Positions 1-8,854 of a stretch of DNA of 64,000 nt are shown in pieces. The stretch's first letter is position 1. Every line of letters begins with the position of its first letter. The DNA is from Candidatus Brocadiia bacterium (GTDB lineage: Bacteria > Planctomycetota > Brocadiia > CAIUPP01), in NCBI GenBank assembly GCA_050015075.1, contig JBEKCB010000006.1, positions 15,811 through 79,810 on the forward strand, read 5' to 3'. The notes under the pieces are model-generated. The model searched no databases. It had not been told where the DNA came from and was given only the letters and a program-made list of their open reading frames with translations. The translations under genes and the position numbers were made by a program.

Positions 1-1089
1 GCCGGAGGGCAAGGGAATGGATGACCCTTTCCAGAAGGGTGAACTGAGCCATTCATCCAGGTGAATGTAGTGTCCGGTGTTCACGCAGAAAGTGTAAAGG
101 GAATCATCCCGCGCGCCTTCAGCCGCAGCAAAGACCTCGCCCGCGGGCGTTCCCACGCCCAACGCGGCATACCAGGCCCGCGTCACGGCAAGGTAATTCT
201 CGATCAGCTTGAGCGTAGCGCGCCCTTTCCGCGACGCAAAGCCGTCGGCGTTCCTGACCAGCATTCCCGCGCGGCACGTGAGCGATCCCCACACCCCGAA
301 CGCACTGGTCAGGTACTCGCCCTCTTTGACCACGTCGTTGCCGGGAGAAGCCATGCCGTTGGAAACGACTTTGCCGCAGGAAACCATGGGATGGCAGGAT
401 TCGGGAAGGCCGCCGCCGTCATAGATCCTGGCCAACTCGAAACAGCGCGCTCCGGGCTTCAGCGCGCGCAGAAGGTTCAGCACGGACGTCGAGGTCCGGA
501 TCGCCGCGTATTCAAAAAGCGCGATCTGCTCCGGTTCATTCTGAAGGCGCAGTCCGTCTTTCGGACTCATGAACATATCGTTGGCATTCGCGGGCCGCGC
601 GCCGCAGATGCCCGTGACGAGGTCAACAATGTACGCGGGCGCCTCGATCCGGTTCGCCATCAGGCTCTTCCACCCGGCAACGCCGCAGCGCATCCCGCTG
701 CGGAGTCCGGCTTTGCGCAGGACAGGCGCCAGGTCCCATGACTTGGAACGGTCCTGGCCCATGAGACTGAATTCCTGGCAAAGCGCGATATCGGCGAAGA
801 ACGGCAGCTTGGAGACGATATTGATGCATTCATTGCCGAGGCAGAGCGTGGCTTGCCCGTCGGCGGTGAGGATGAAGAGCGCCTCCTCGAAGCGCGGGTC
901 AAACCCGGTGCAGTAGGCCATGTTGGCGCTGTGCTCGCGGTCCGCGTAGACCAGCAGGCAGTCGTATTGCGCCGCCTGCATTCGCTCCCGGACTTTGGCC
1001 AGCCTGGAGCGGTACACGCCCGCAGGGATTTCCGGAATCGTCTCGGGGCCGCCGAAGTCGGGAATCGTCATCTGGGTCATGGTCATCAT
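1..1089 (-). CDS. M24-family (creatinase / Xaa-Pro aminopeptidase-like) protein; 3' end runs off the left edge
   Basis: Absent from the ORF track because it has no in-window stop. My reverse translation from ATG 1089 (AGGGAGA Shine-Dalgarno about 7 nt upstream) reads MMTMTQMTIPDFGGPETIPEIPAGVYRSRLAKVRERMQAAQYDCLLVYADREHSANMAYCTGFDPRFEEALFIL... and stays open to base 1. It shows an N-terminal creatinase/prolidase-type pattern and a C-terminal ...CVNTGHYIHLDEW... pita-bread-like segment. Confidence 0.5.
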   Translation of the reverse strand, partial: MMTMTQMTIPDFGGPETIPEIPAGVYRSRLAKVRERMQAAQYDCLLVYADREHSANMAYCTGFDPRFEEALFILTADGQATLCLGNECINIVSKLPFFADIALCQEFSLMGQDRSKSWDLAPVLRKAGLRSGMRCGVAGWKSLMANRIEAPAYIVDLVTGICGARPANANDMFMSPKDGLRLQNEPEQIALFEYAAIRTSTSVLNLLRALKPGARCFELARIYDGGGLPESCHPMVSCGKVVSNGMASPGNDVVKEGEYLTSAFGVWGSLTCRAGMLVRNADGFASRKGRATLKLIENYLAVTRAWYAALGVGTPAGEVFAAAEGARDDSLYTFCVNTGHYIHLDEWLSSPFWKGSSIPLPSG

Positions 1090-1122
1090 CGAATGGGTCT
1101 CCCTAATTCCTTGTTCGTCCGA

Positions 1123-2478
1123 TTAGTGATGGCGGGCGAAGTGCCAGTCGCCGAGCGTGGGCGAGTCGCCCGGGTCGCCCTTCAGGAGTTCATTGTAGTT
1201 CTCCGCCGCTTTGCGGAAGGCCATGGCGTGCTCTTCGATGAGCTTGGGATAGAACTTCTTGAACGACGGAATGTAGTAGTTGCGGGCGTTCGCCGCCTCG
1301 CTCACCGGCAGGCTGCCCTTGCGCTGGCGCAGGTCGCGGTCGGAGAAAGCGATGCGCGTCGGCTTGCCGTCGCCGTAGACGTCGGCGGTGTTGAAAACGG
1401 GGTGCAGGTGCAGCGGCCGGTTCGAGCCGCCGGCGCAGACGCTGCCTTCGGCCCGGACGGCCTCGGCAAAGCGCGTGACCGACAGGCCGCCGAGTTCCTC
1501 GGGCACGTAGAGGCCGTGCGCGCAGTACCAGCCGCCCATGTTCGTCTTCGGGTCCTTCGGGTCGGTCCGATGCGCCCGCAGGCCGGGCACGCCCTCGAGC
1601 AGGTCCCAGAAATAGTTCAAGGCCTTTTGGATGTCGGCGCACCGCGCGTCGTAGTGCTTGAGCTGCACCCGCCCCACCGCCGAACTCAACTGGTGCATCC
1701 GGTATTTGTGGCCGCCCAGTGGAAGACCCACGAGTCCCTTGAGCGACGCGGTCGCGATATCGTCGGGCCTCTGGAAGCGCTCGTAATGCCCCCACGCGAT
1801 CGCGCGTTCGTAAATCCGCCGGTTGTCGGTCACCAGGATCCCGCCTTCGCCGATCGCGAAGGCCTTCTCGCTCATGAGCGACATTCCCGCCACGTCGCCG
1901 ATCGTGCCGAGTTTCTTCCCCTTGTATAGCCCGCCCTGGGCATGCGACACGTCCTCGATGACGAAGAGCTTGTGCTTGCGGGCGATTTTCATGATCGGGT
2001 CCATGTCCGTCGGATACCCGAGGTAGTGCACGACGAGGATGGCCTTCGTGCGCTTGCTGATCCGGCGTTCGATGTCGTCGGGGGCCAGGCAGAGAGTGGC
2101 GGGATCAATCTCGCCGAAGACCACCGTCGCGCCCACGTTGTAACACGGCATGGCCGACGCCCAGTAGGTGACGCTCTGGCAGATGACTTCATCGCCGCGG
2201 CCGATCCCGCAACCGAACATCGCCCCTTCGAGCGCGGCGGTGCCGGTGCTGTGCGCCAGCGCGTACCGGGTTCCCTGCCACTGGGCGAACTCGGTCTCGA
2301 AGGCCTTCGTCACGCCGAGCTGCGACATGGCGCCGCGGTTGAGGACTTCGAGGACGGCGCGGCGGTCCTCATTGGTGATGATCGGCCACCTGAAGAGGTC
2401 GCGCGGCTTGGACCGCACCGCTTTAGGCCCGCCGAAAAGCGCAAGCTGCGACTTTGCGGATTTTGATTTGCTGCTCAC
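1123..2478 (-). CDS. DegT/DnrJ/EryC1/StrS-family PLP-dependent sugar aminotransferase
   Basis: 451 aa ORF with a GTG start and AGGAGA SD 6 nt upstream. Family-typical segments include GVTKAFETEFAQWQGTRYALAHSTGTAALE, GDEVICQSVTYWAS, AILVVHYLGYPTDMD and FVIEDVSHAQG. Confidence 0.8.
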   Translation of the reverse strand: MSSKSKSAKSQLALFGGPKAVRSKPRDLFRWPIITNEDRRAVLEVLNRGAMSQLGVTKAFETEFAQWQGTRYALAHSTGTAALEGAMFGCGIGRGDEVICQSVTYWASAMPCYNVGATVVFGEIDPATLCLAPDDIERRISKRTKAILVVHYLGYPTDMDPIMKIARKHKLFVIEDVSHAQGGLYKGKKLGTIGDVAGMSLMSEKAFAIGEGGILVTDNRRIYERAIAWGHYERFQRPDDIATASLKGLVGLPLGGHKYRMHQLSSAVGRVQLKHYDARCADIQKALNYFWDLLEGVPGLRAHRTDPKDPKTNMGGWYCAHGLYVPEELGGLSVTRFAEAVRAEGSVCAGGSNRPLHLHPVFNTADVYGDGKPTRIAFSDRDLRQRKGSLPVSEAANARNYYIPSFKKFYPKLIEEHAMAFRKAAENYNELLKGDPGDSPTLGDWHFARHH

Positions 2479-2510
2479 GAGTTTCTCCTGAACTGAGACT
2501 TTCCGGATGA

Positions 2511-4481
2511 CTACCGCTTGGCGATGCCCGAGACCTTGAACCTGACGACGCGCAACCCGCAGACCTTTCCGAAGTGCGCCACGTCGCTCTGAAGCCGTTG
2601 CATCGCCTGCCGGTTAAAAGGGGAACCATTCATATGGAGCGGGCGCGTGAGCGTCACCTCGGCCTGGGTCAGCGCCACCGCGAGCGCGATATCGCCCCAT
2701 TCGAGGAACCCGGGCACGTGCACGCCCAGCGAGAAGGGATTCTTTCCAACGGTGTACAGGTAGCTGCCCGGCATTCCGGTCAGGTTCAATCGCGCGAACC
2801 CTCCGTTCACCGCCGCGCAGAAAAGCGCCGCCAATGCGCCTTCGCCCGTGCCGGCCAGGCTCAGCGGGCCTTTGCTCCTCTTCCGCAGGAATGACGCCAT
2901 CAGTTCGATCCCGCGGGCGCGTTCGCCCATGAATGTCCTGCCCATCCACAGGTACGCCCGGGTCGTGTCGTGGTGAATCGCCGTATTGTGCTCCAGGTCG
3001 CCGAAGCTTCCTTCCGTGAAGAGCAGCACTCCCTGGCCGCGCGCCAGCGCCTGGTCCACCAGCGCCGGGTCCGGCGAGCCGGTTTTTCCTTCCACCTTGG
3101 GGATGATGGTGTAACCCGCCTTCGCATCCTTCGGGACGATGAGCAGAAGCGCGAAATGTTCCCCGCTCACGGTGGAGACCACCATCCGTTGCCAGGTGCG
3201 CCCCTCGATGCTCTCCGGCCCCAGGTCGCGCACGTCCCTGAGAATCAGCGCGTCGCCCATGTGCAGGATCCGGCGCAGCTCTTTGCGCTTGGCCGCCGGG
3301 CTCATGGACTTCTTCGCGCGCGCCTCGGCAATCAACTCCTCTCCGCGTTTGCGGCAGAAGACGGCAATGCTCGGAACGATCGGCGGACGCTTTCCTTTCC
3401 GGAAGCACATGAGCTGCTCCTGCGGCAGCGCACGGAAAAATTTCTCCGGTCGCGGCGAGCCGTCGCCGACGCCCTTGAGCCAGCGGTCGAACCAGCCGTA
3501 CATCGCCTCGCGGACCTCGGTCCAGTAACCGTGCGGGAGATTGAAGACCTGGTAGGTCAGTCGCTCATCCGCTCCCAGCGCCTGGTACACCGGCCGCGCC
3601 CCCACGAACGAGCGGAGCATCTCCGCCGGATAGAATGACGAGTTGGTATCCTTGAGCGCGTTGCAGATCTTCAGCGCCCGCGGCGCGATCAGCGCCAGGA
3701 TGCCGGCCATTTCGGTGAGCAATACCGCGCCCGGCAGCGTCTCGCAGATGCAGTTGGAGCCGGCGACGTAAGCCTCGAACGTTCCCACGCTCACCACCGG
3801 CACCGCCGCCGCGAGCCGCTCGTCCATCGCCGCGACCCACATCGTCTGGTTGCCCCCGCCGCTCGCGCCGGTGACGCCGATCCGGTCCGCGCGGACGCAC
3901 GGAAGCGATCGCAGGAGGCTGACCCCGCGCATGTTGTCCACGATCTGCATCCCCATCAACGTCTCGCCGATGTCGTAAACCGAAGTGCCCAGGTGAGCGC
4001 CGTGGTACTCGTAATGGCCGTGCGTCGTAGCGCGCTCGCCGGCGCCGAAGGCATCCACGCTCAGACAGACATACTCCTCGCGAGCAAGGTGGTGTGCGCG
4101 TCCCTGCACACGGTCCGCCAGGTGGCCTTCGCCGAAATGCCCGTGCACGCTGAGCACCGCCGGGAACGGCCCGGCGCCGTCGGGGACGTAGAGACAACTG
4201 GTGACGTAGAACCCCGGGCGACTCTGATAGATGACCTTGTCAATTCGATAGCCGTCCATCCGGATCGTCCCGAGTATCCTCATATCCAGGTCCAGCGTGT
4301 CATCCGGCGCAGTCCCGAGGAGTTCCCAGAGTCGCGCGCGCAGCGTCCGGCGCCAGGGCTCCCATTCGGCGCGGCTCGCCGGAAGGCGGCGCTCGCAGAA
4401 CATCCGCGTCGCCTCCAGGCTCATTTGAGTATGGGCGTGCGAGATAAAACCCTTGTCCCAGTCGGCAAGCGATCTTTCCAT
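2511..4481 (-). CDS. alpha/beta-hydrolase (acetyl-xylan-esterase / dienelactone-hydrolase-like) protein
   Basis: 656 aa ORF. It has the nucleophile elbow GVTGASGGGNQTMW (G-x-S-x-G), an upstream LSVHGHFGEG oxyanion-type segment and an AAGGAA SD. Confidence 0.6.
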   Translation of the reverse strand: MERSLADWDKGFISHAHTQMSLEATRMFCERRLPASRAEWEPWRRTLRARLWELLGTAPDDTLDLDMRILGTIRMDGYRIDKVIYQSRPGFYVTSCLYVPDGAGPFPAVLSVHGHFGEGHLADRVQGRAHHLAREEYVCLSVDAFGAGERATTHGHYEYHGAHLGTSVYDIGETLMGMQIVDNMRGVSLLRSLPCVRADRIGVTGASGGGNQTMWVAAMDERLAAAVPVVSVGTFEAYVAGSNCICETLPGAVLLTEMAGILALIAPRALKICNALKDTNSSFYPAEMLRSFVGARPVYQALGADERLTYQVFNLPHGYWTEVREAMYGWFDRWLKGVGDGSPRPEKFFRALPQEQLMCFRKGKRPPIVPSIAVFCRKRGEELIAEARAKKSMSPAAKRKELRRILHMGDALILRDVRDLGPESIEGRTWQRMVVSTVSGEHFALLLIVPKDAKAGYTIIPKVEGKTGSPDPALVDQALARGQGVLLFTEGSFGDLEHNTAIHHDTTRAYLWMGRTFMGERARGIELMASFLRKRSKGPLSLAGTGEGALAALFCAAVNGGFARLNLTGMPGSYLYTVGKNPFSLGVHVPGFLEWGDIALAVALTQAEVTLTRPLHMNGSPFNRQAMQRLQSDVAHFGKVCGLRVVRFKVSGIAKR

Positions 4482-4578
4482 GGACGGTATTCCTTGTGAT
4501 ATGCGTATTCGCGGGCGCGCCGCCGTGTCGGAGAGATCGTACTGACGCGACCTCTAAAAAGCAAGGTCAAGCGTTCAT

Positions 4579-6147
4579 TCAGACGCCCTGGGCGGCGGCG
4601 CCGTCCGAGCGCGCCGACTCGACCAGGCGCTGTTTCCGATTCCAGAGGCGCTCGCTGAGCGAGACGTGATAGACGTGCGGATTCACGAACCGCTTCACGC
4701 CCGGGTCGAGCCGGTCCACGTCCGCCTTTCGCCGCGCGCGCATCTCCTCGATCGTCGGCGAATCACCGACGCGCCGGCCTTCCTCCAGGACCTTCACCAG
4801 CAGCGGTTCGACCGTCTGGATTTCCTCGCGGGCCAGGACCCTGCGCTTGGAAGGTTCCGTCGGATGCTGCAGGATGACCTGCGCCATCTGTCGGGGATCC
4901 TCGTCGGGCAGGCCGAGCAAGTCGGCCGTAGCCAGCCCGCGGCGGTCATAGAGCCGCCAGACGCCCTTTTCGCCGGGGTTGAGAGTCTTCTCAGGCACCT
5001 CGGAGAGTTTGATCGCGGGCGCCCACTGCTTCCCGTCGTGCACCGCGGCGAGCTTGTAAACGCCGTCGAGCGCGGGCGCGCCTTCGGAGCTGATGAGCCG
5101 CGTGCCGACGCCGAACATCAGGCGGCGGATCAGCCGGCCCGGATCCATGCCCCAGCGAGGCGCTTCCTCCTCGATCTGCGTGAGGATCTGCCAGATGACA
5201 AGCTCGTCGAGCTGGTTCGAGAGAAGGATGCACGGATCGGGAAAGCCCGCGGCGTCGAGCATCTTAGCCGCCTGGATGCTCAGGTACGCCAGGTCGCCCG
5301 AGTCGAGGCGGATGCCCGCCGGCCGGTGTCCCTGCCGGCGCAGTTCCTCGAAGACCCGGATGGCGTTCGGTATGCCGCTGCCGAGCGTGTCCACCGTGTC
5401 CACGAGCAGCAGGCAGTCATCGGGATAGACTTCGGCGTAGGCGCGGAATGCGCCGAGTTCGCCCTCGCCGAGGGCCATGAAAGCCTGCACCATGCTGTGC
5501 GCGTGCGTGCCCTTGGCCGGGAAGCCGAGCGCGCGAGAGATGCCGACGTTCGAGCTGAAGTCCGCTCCGCCGATCAGCGCCGCCCGTGTGCCGGCGTTGG
5601 CGCCCCGCTCCTGCGCGCGGCGCATGCCGAACTCCACCAGCGGCTGCTCATGCGCGCTCTGCCGGATGCGCGCCGCCTTGGTCGCCACCAGCGTCTGGTA
5701 GTTGAGCTGGTTGAGCAGCGCGGTCTCGAGGATCTGCGCCATGGCCAGCGGGCCCTCGACCACGGTGATCGGTTCCTGCGGGTGAACCACGCGGCCCTCG
5801 GGGACCGCGGCCATGCTGATCCCATCGAAGCCGCCGTTCGAGGCCAGCCAGCCCAGGAAGTCGTCGCCGAAGAGCCGCCGGCCCGTCTGGCCCGCCTGGC
5901 CGCGGAGGTACTCGATATCCTCATTCCGGAACCGGGTCTCGCGCATCCAGTCCAGGAGCCATCCCAGGCCGGCATTGACGCAGTACCCCGCGCGATGCGA
6001 ACCGTAGTCGGGGTAGTGCCGGAAGAAGTGCTCGAACCTGGCGCGCTTCTCGTGCAGGCCCTTCCGGAAGTAGAGCTGCGCCATGGTCAGCTCGTACATG
6101 TCCGTGAAGAGGATGCCTTCGGCCATGCGCCGGTCAGCCGAGTTCAT
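4579..6147 (-). CDS. pncB: nicotinate phosphoribosyltransferase
   Basis: 522 aa. The N-terminus [16 protein letters not shown] and the [11 protein letters not shown] motif are typical of NAPRTase. Its ATG overlaps the TGA of the upstream gene (ATGA at 6144-6147). Confidence 0.85.
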   Translation of the reverse strand: MNSADRRMAEGILFTDMYELTMAQLYFRKGLHEKRARFEHFFRHYPDYGSHRAGYCVNAGLGWLLDWMRETRFRNEDIEYLRGQAGQTGRRLFGDDFLGWLASNGGFDGISMAAVPEGRVVHPQEPITVVEGPLAMAQILETALLNQLNYQTLVATKAARIRQSAHEQPLVEFGMRRAQERGANAGTRAALIGGADFSSNVGISRALGFPAKGTHAHSMVQAFMALGEGELGAFRAYAEVYPDDCLLLVDTVDTLGSGIPNAIRVFEELRRQGHRPAGIRLDSGDLAYLSIQAAKMLDAAGFPDPCILLSNQLDELVIWQILTQIEEEAPRWGMDPGRLIRRLMFGVGTRLISSEGAPALDGVYKLAAVHDGKQWAPAIKLSEVPEKTLNPGEKGVWRLYDRRGLATADLLGLPDEDPRQMAQVILQHPTEPSKRRVLAREEIQTVEPLLVKVLEEGRRVGDSPTIEEMRARRKADVDRLDPGVKRFVNPHVYHVSLSERLWNRKQRLVESARSDGAAAQGV

Positions 6148-8411
6148 GGCGCGGAGCCCTTCCGGCCAAGAACCTCTCCGGTCTGCACGAACACGGCGCC
6201 GGCCCGCGCCATCTCCTCTCGGGCGGCGGCGATGTCGCCGGGCTTGACTTCGATGCCGCGGATAGCGTCCTCGATTACAAAAACGTCGAAGCCCAGCTTT
6301 CGCGCGTCCAGCACAGTGGCTTTCACGCAGTACTCCGTCGCGAGGCCGCCGATCCAGAGCCGCCGGATTCCCCGGGCCTTCAGCGCCGCCGGCAACTCCG
6401 GCGCGTCAAAAGCCGAGTAGGCCTCTTTGGCCGGATCGGTCGCCTTGGAGACCACCAGGTCAATCGCCCGAGTATTAAGATCGGGATGAAAGTCGGCGCC
6501 CGGCGTGTTCTGCACACAGTGGTCCGGCCACGGCCCGCCGGCGCGTTTGAATGAGCAGTGATCGGCCGGATGCCAGTCGCGCGTGGCCACGCGGAACAGC
6601 TTCTTCACGCGCAGCCACTGGTTCAGCGGCGGCACAACCTCGTCGCCGCGCGGCACCGGCAGCGCTCCGCCGGGGCAGAAATCCCGCTGCACGTCCTCGA
6701 GGACCAGAGCATCGGTCGCCGTGTTGATCCGCGCAGTTCCGGCGGTCTGCCGAATATGTTCCGGCCGGCCGGTCGCGCCGGCGGCGGGGTTTTCCGACGC
6801 GCCCTGATGGTCCGGCACGCCGGACGCATGCAACCGTATGGCGGCGATCAAGTCCTCGGACGGTCCTCCTTTAGTCAGGTAGGCAACCGCGCCGGCGTCG
6901 CGCAGCGCCGTCGCCACGTCGTTGTCCGTGTGCATGGACAGCCCGATCACCTTGATGTTCGGGCTCGCGGCCAGAATTCGCTTCGTGGCTTCCACGCCGT
7001 TCATCCCAGCGCCGAGGTTGATGTCCATGATGATGACGTCGGGCTGAAGTTTCGCGGCCAGTTCGACGGCGACGGGGCCGTCGGCGGCCTGGCCAACGAC
7101 CTCGATATCCGGCTCAAACTGGATGATGCCCGCGAGTCCTTCGCGCATGATCTTGTGATCGTCAACAATGAGGACGTGGCGAACGGCTGTCTTATCGCGC
7201 ACGATGATCTTGCCGGCTTGCTCTTCCGTTCCAGCCGTCTCATCCCCAATCCGGGCGTGCGGTTGCGCGGCACCGACGGGGATCGTCAAGGTGATCGTGG
7301 TTCCTTTGCCCGGCGCGGTCGCGATGTACATCTCGCCGCCGATGTGGGCCAGCCTCTGCTCGATGCTGAACAGGCCGAAGCTGATCTCGTCGGCGCGGCG
7401 TTTCTTGAGCAGGTCGGGATCGAACCCCTTGCCCTGATCGCGGACGATCAGTTTGATGCGGTCGTCTTTCGTCCGCAGCAGCATCACCTGCGCTTCCAGG
7501 ACGCCGGAATGTTTGACGGCGTTCAGGAGCAGTTCGCGCACGCACTCGAAGAGGAGAAACCGCGTCGCTTCCGTGGCCGGCTCGGCCTTGTTGTCCGCGT
7601 GCAGATGGACTGCGAACTGATTCGTTTGCTGCGTGCGGGAGGCCAGCCAGTTCAGGGCGCCGATCAACCCCGCCGTGTGGAGCACGGGCGGGCTCAATTC
7701 GACCGCCAGCGAGCGGGACGCCTCCAGGGCTTCCTTGAGAATGCCGTCCAGACCCTTTGCCGCGGCTTGTCTCCGATCCGGATTGTTGTCGCGCTTCAGC
7801 CACTCCACCTGCATTCGTGCCGCGACCAGCAATTGCTGGATGTGGTCGTGCAGAATGGTGGACAAGCGCTTGCGCTCGCGTTGCTCCGCCTGGGTCAGTT
7901 CCGTCGCCAGCGCGCGGAGTTGGTCGGCCTGCTGTCGCACTTCTGCGGTTCGTTCAACCACACGCTGTTCGAGCGATTGATTCAACTCGCGCAACTTCTC
8001 CTCGATCTGTTTGCGTTCGATCGCGTAGCGTATGGCGCTGGCGACGGACCGGGCATCGGCGCTCCCCTTGATGAGGTAATCCTGCGCTCCCTGGCGGATC
8101 GCCTCGGCGCCGGTCGTCTCATCGTCGGCGCCGGTCATGATGACGATGGGCAGTCCGGGGAATTCGGTCTGAACGCGCGTGAAAGTGGCAAGGCCCGTGC
8201 TGTCCGGTAACCCCAGGTCCAGCAATACCACGTCGAACTTCTGTTCGCGCAGTTTCGCCATCGCCGTGTCGAGCCGTTCCGCCACCATCACCTCATAGCG
8301 CGCACCGCGACCCTGGCGCAGGCCGTGCTGGATAAGATGGGCGTCCGAGGGGCTATCTTCGACGAGCAGTACTTTGGCCGTCATAGTGTCCAATTCAGCG
8401 GCATCCTTCAA
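6144..8411 (-). CDS. hybrid sensor kinase / response regulator fused to a C-terminal nicotinamidase (REC - HisKA_3 - HATPase_c - REC - PncA/isochorismatase domain)
   Basis: 755 aa.
- REC1: [10 protein letters not shown]...[11 protein letters not shown].
- Coiled coil, then H-box [13 protein letters not shown] (NarX/DegS type).
- ATPase: NAVKHSG...DQGKGF...[16 protein letters not shown].
- REC2: [13 protein letters not shown]...[15 protein letters not shown]...
- C-terminus: [19 protein letters not shown]...[12 protein letters not shown]...VVSKATD...GGLATEYCV, which matches nicotinamidase catalytic Asp/Lys/Cys and metal-site motifs.
The TTG start at 8411 overlaps the upstream stop. An alternative ATG lies at 8384. 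Confidence 0.8.
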   Translation of the reverse strand: MKDAAELDTMTAKVLLVEDSPSDAHLIQHGLRQGRGARYEVMVAERLDTAMAKLREQKFDVVLLDLGLPDSTGLATFTRVQTEFPGLPIVIMTGADDETTGAEAIRQGAQDYLIKGSADARSVASAIRYAIERKQIEEKLRELNQSLEQRVVERTAEVRQQADQLRALATELTQAEQRERKRLSTILHDHIQQLLVAARMQVEWLKRDNNPDRRQAAAKGLDGILKEALEASRSLAVELSPPVLHTAGLIGALNWLASRTQQTNQFAVHLHADNKAEPATEATRFLLFECVRELLLNAVKHSGVLEAQVMLLRTKDDRIKLIVRDQGKGFDPDLLKKRRADEISFGLFSIEQRLAHIGGEMYIATAPGKGTTITLTIPVGAAQPHARIGDETAGTEEQAGKIIVRDKTAVRHVLIVDDHKIMREGLAGIIQFEPDIEVVGQAADGPVAVELAAKLQPDVIIMDINLGAGMNGVEATKRILAASPNIKVIGLSMHTDNDVATALRDAGAVAYLTKGGPSEDLIAAIRLHASGVPDHQGASENPAAGATGRPEHIRQTAGTARINTATDALVLEDVQRDFCPGGALPVPRGDEVVPPLNQWLRVKKLFRVATRDWHPADHCSFKRAGGPWPDHCVQNTPGADFHPDLNTRAIDLVVSKATDPAKEAYSAFDAPELPAALKARGIRRLWIGGLATEYCVKATVLDARKLGFDVFVIEDAIRGIEVKPGDIAAAREEMARAGAVFVQTGEVLGRKGSAP

Positions 8412-8854
8412 CGTCTGGCGGGCAGCGCCACGACCGTGAGCCAGAAACTCTCGATGGATTTCACGATTTCCAGAAAGCGCTCGAAGTTAACCGGTTTGGT
8501 GACATAGCAGTTGGCGTGAAGCTTGTAGGAACGAATGATGTCCTCTTCAGCCTTGGAGGTCGTCAGGACGACCACCGGAATCATTTTGAGGTCCGGGTCG
8601 TCCTTCAGCTCTGCGAGGACTTCGCGCCCGTCTTTACGCGGGAGGTTCAGGTCGAGCAGGATCAGGTCCGGCTGCTCCGCCTGCGAATAGGCGCCCTGGC
8701 GCCGCAGGAACTCCATGGCCTGGACGCCGTCCTGCACGTGGAAGACCTTGTTGGCCATCTTGGCCGTTTTCAACGCGGTCAGAGTCAGCTCGGCGTCGGT
8801 GGGGCTGTCCTCGACCAGCAGAATCTGAATCGGTCGCACGGTTGTCGGCGTCAT
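8408..8854 (-). CDS. single-domain response regulator (CheY/Rcp1-like receiver)
   Basis: 148 aa: [14 protein letters not shown]...[15 protein letters not shown]...PVVVLTTS...[12 protein letters not shown] overlap with the upstream kinase stop (8851-8854). Confidence 0.85.
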   Translation of the reverse strand: MTPTTVRPIQILLVEDSPTDAELTLTALKTAKMANKVFHVQDGVQAMEFLRRQGAYSQAEQPDLILLDLNLPRKDGREVLAELKDDPDLKMIPVVVLTTSKAEEDIIRSYKLHANCYVTKPVNFERFLEIVKSIESFWLTVVALPARR

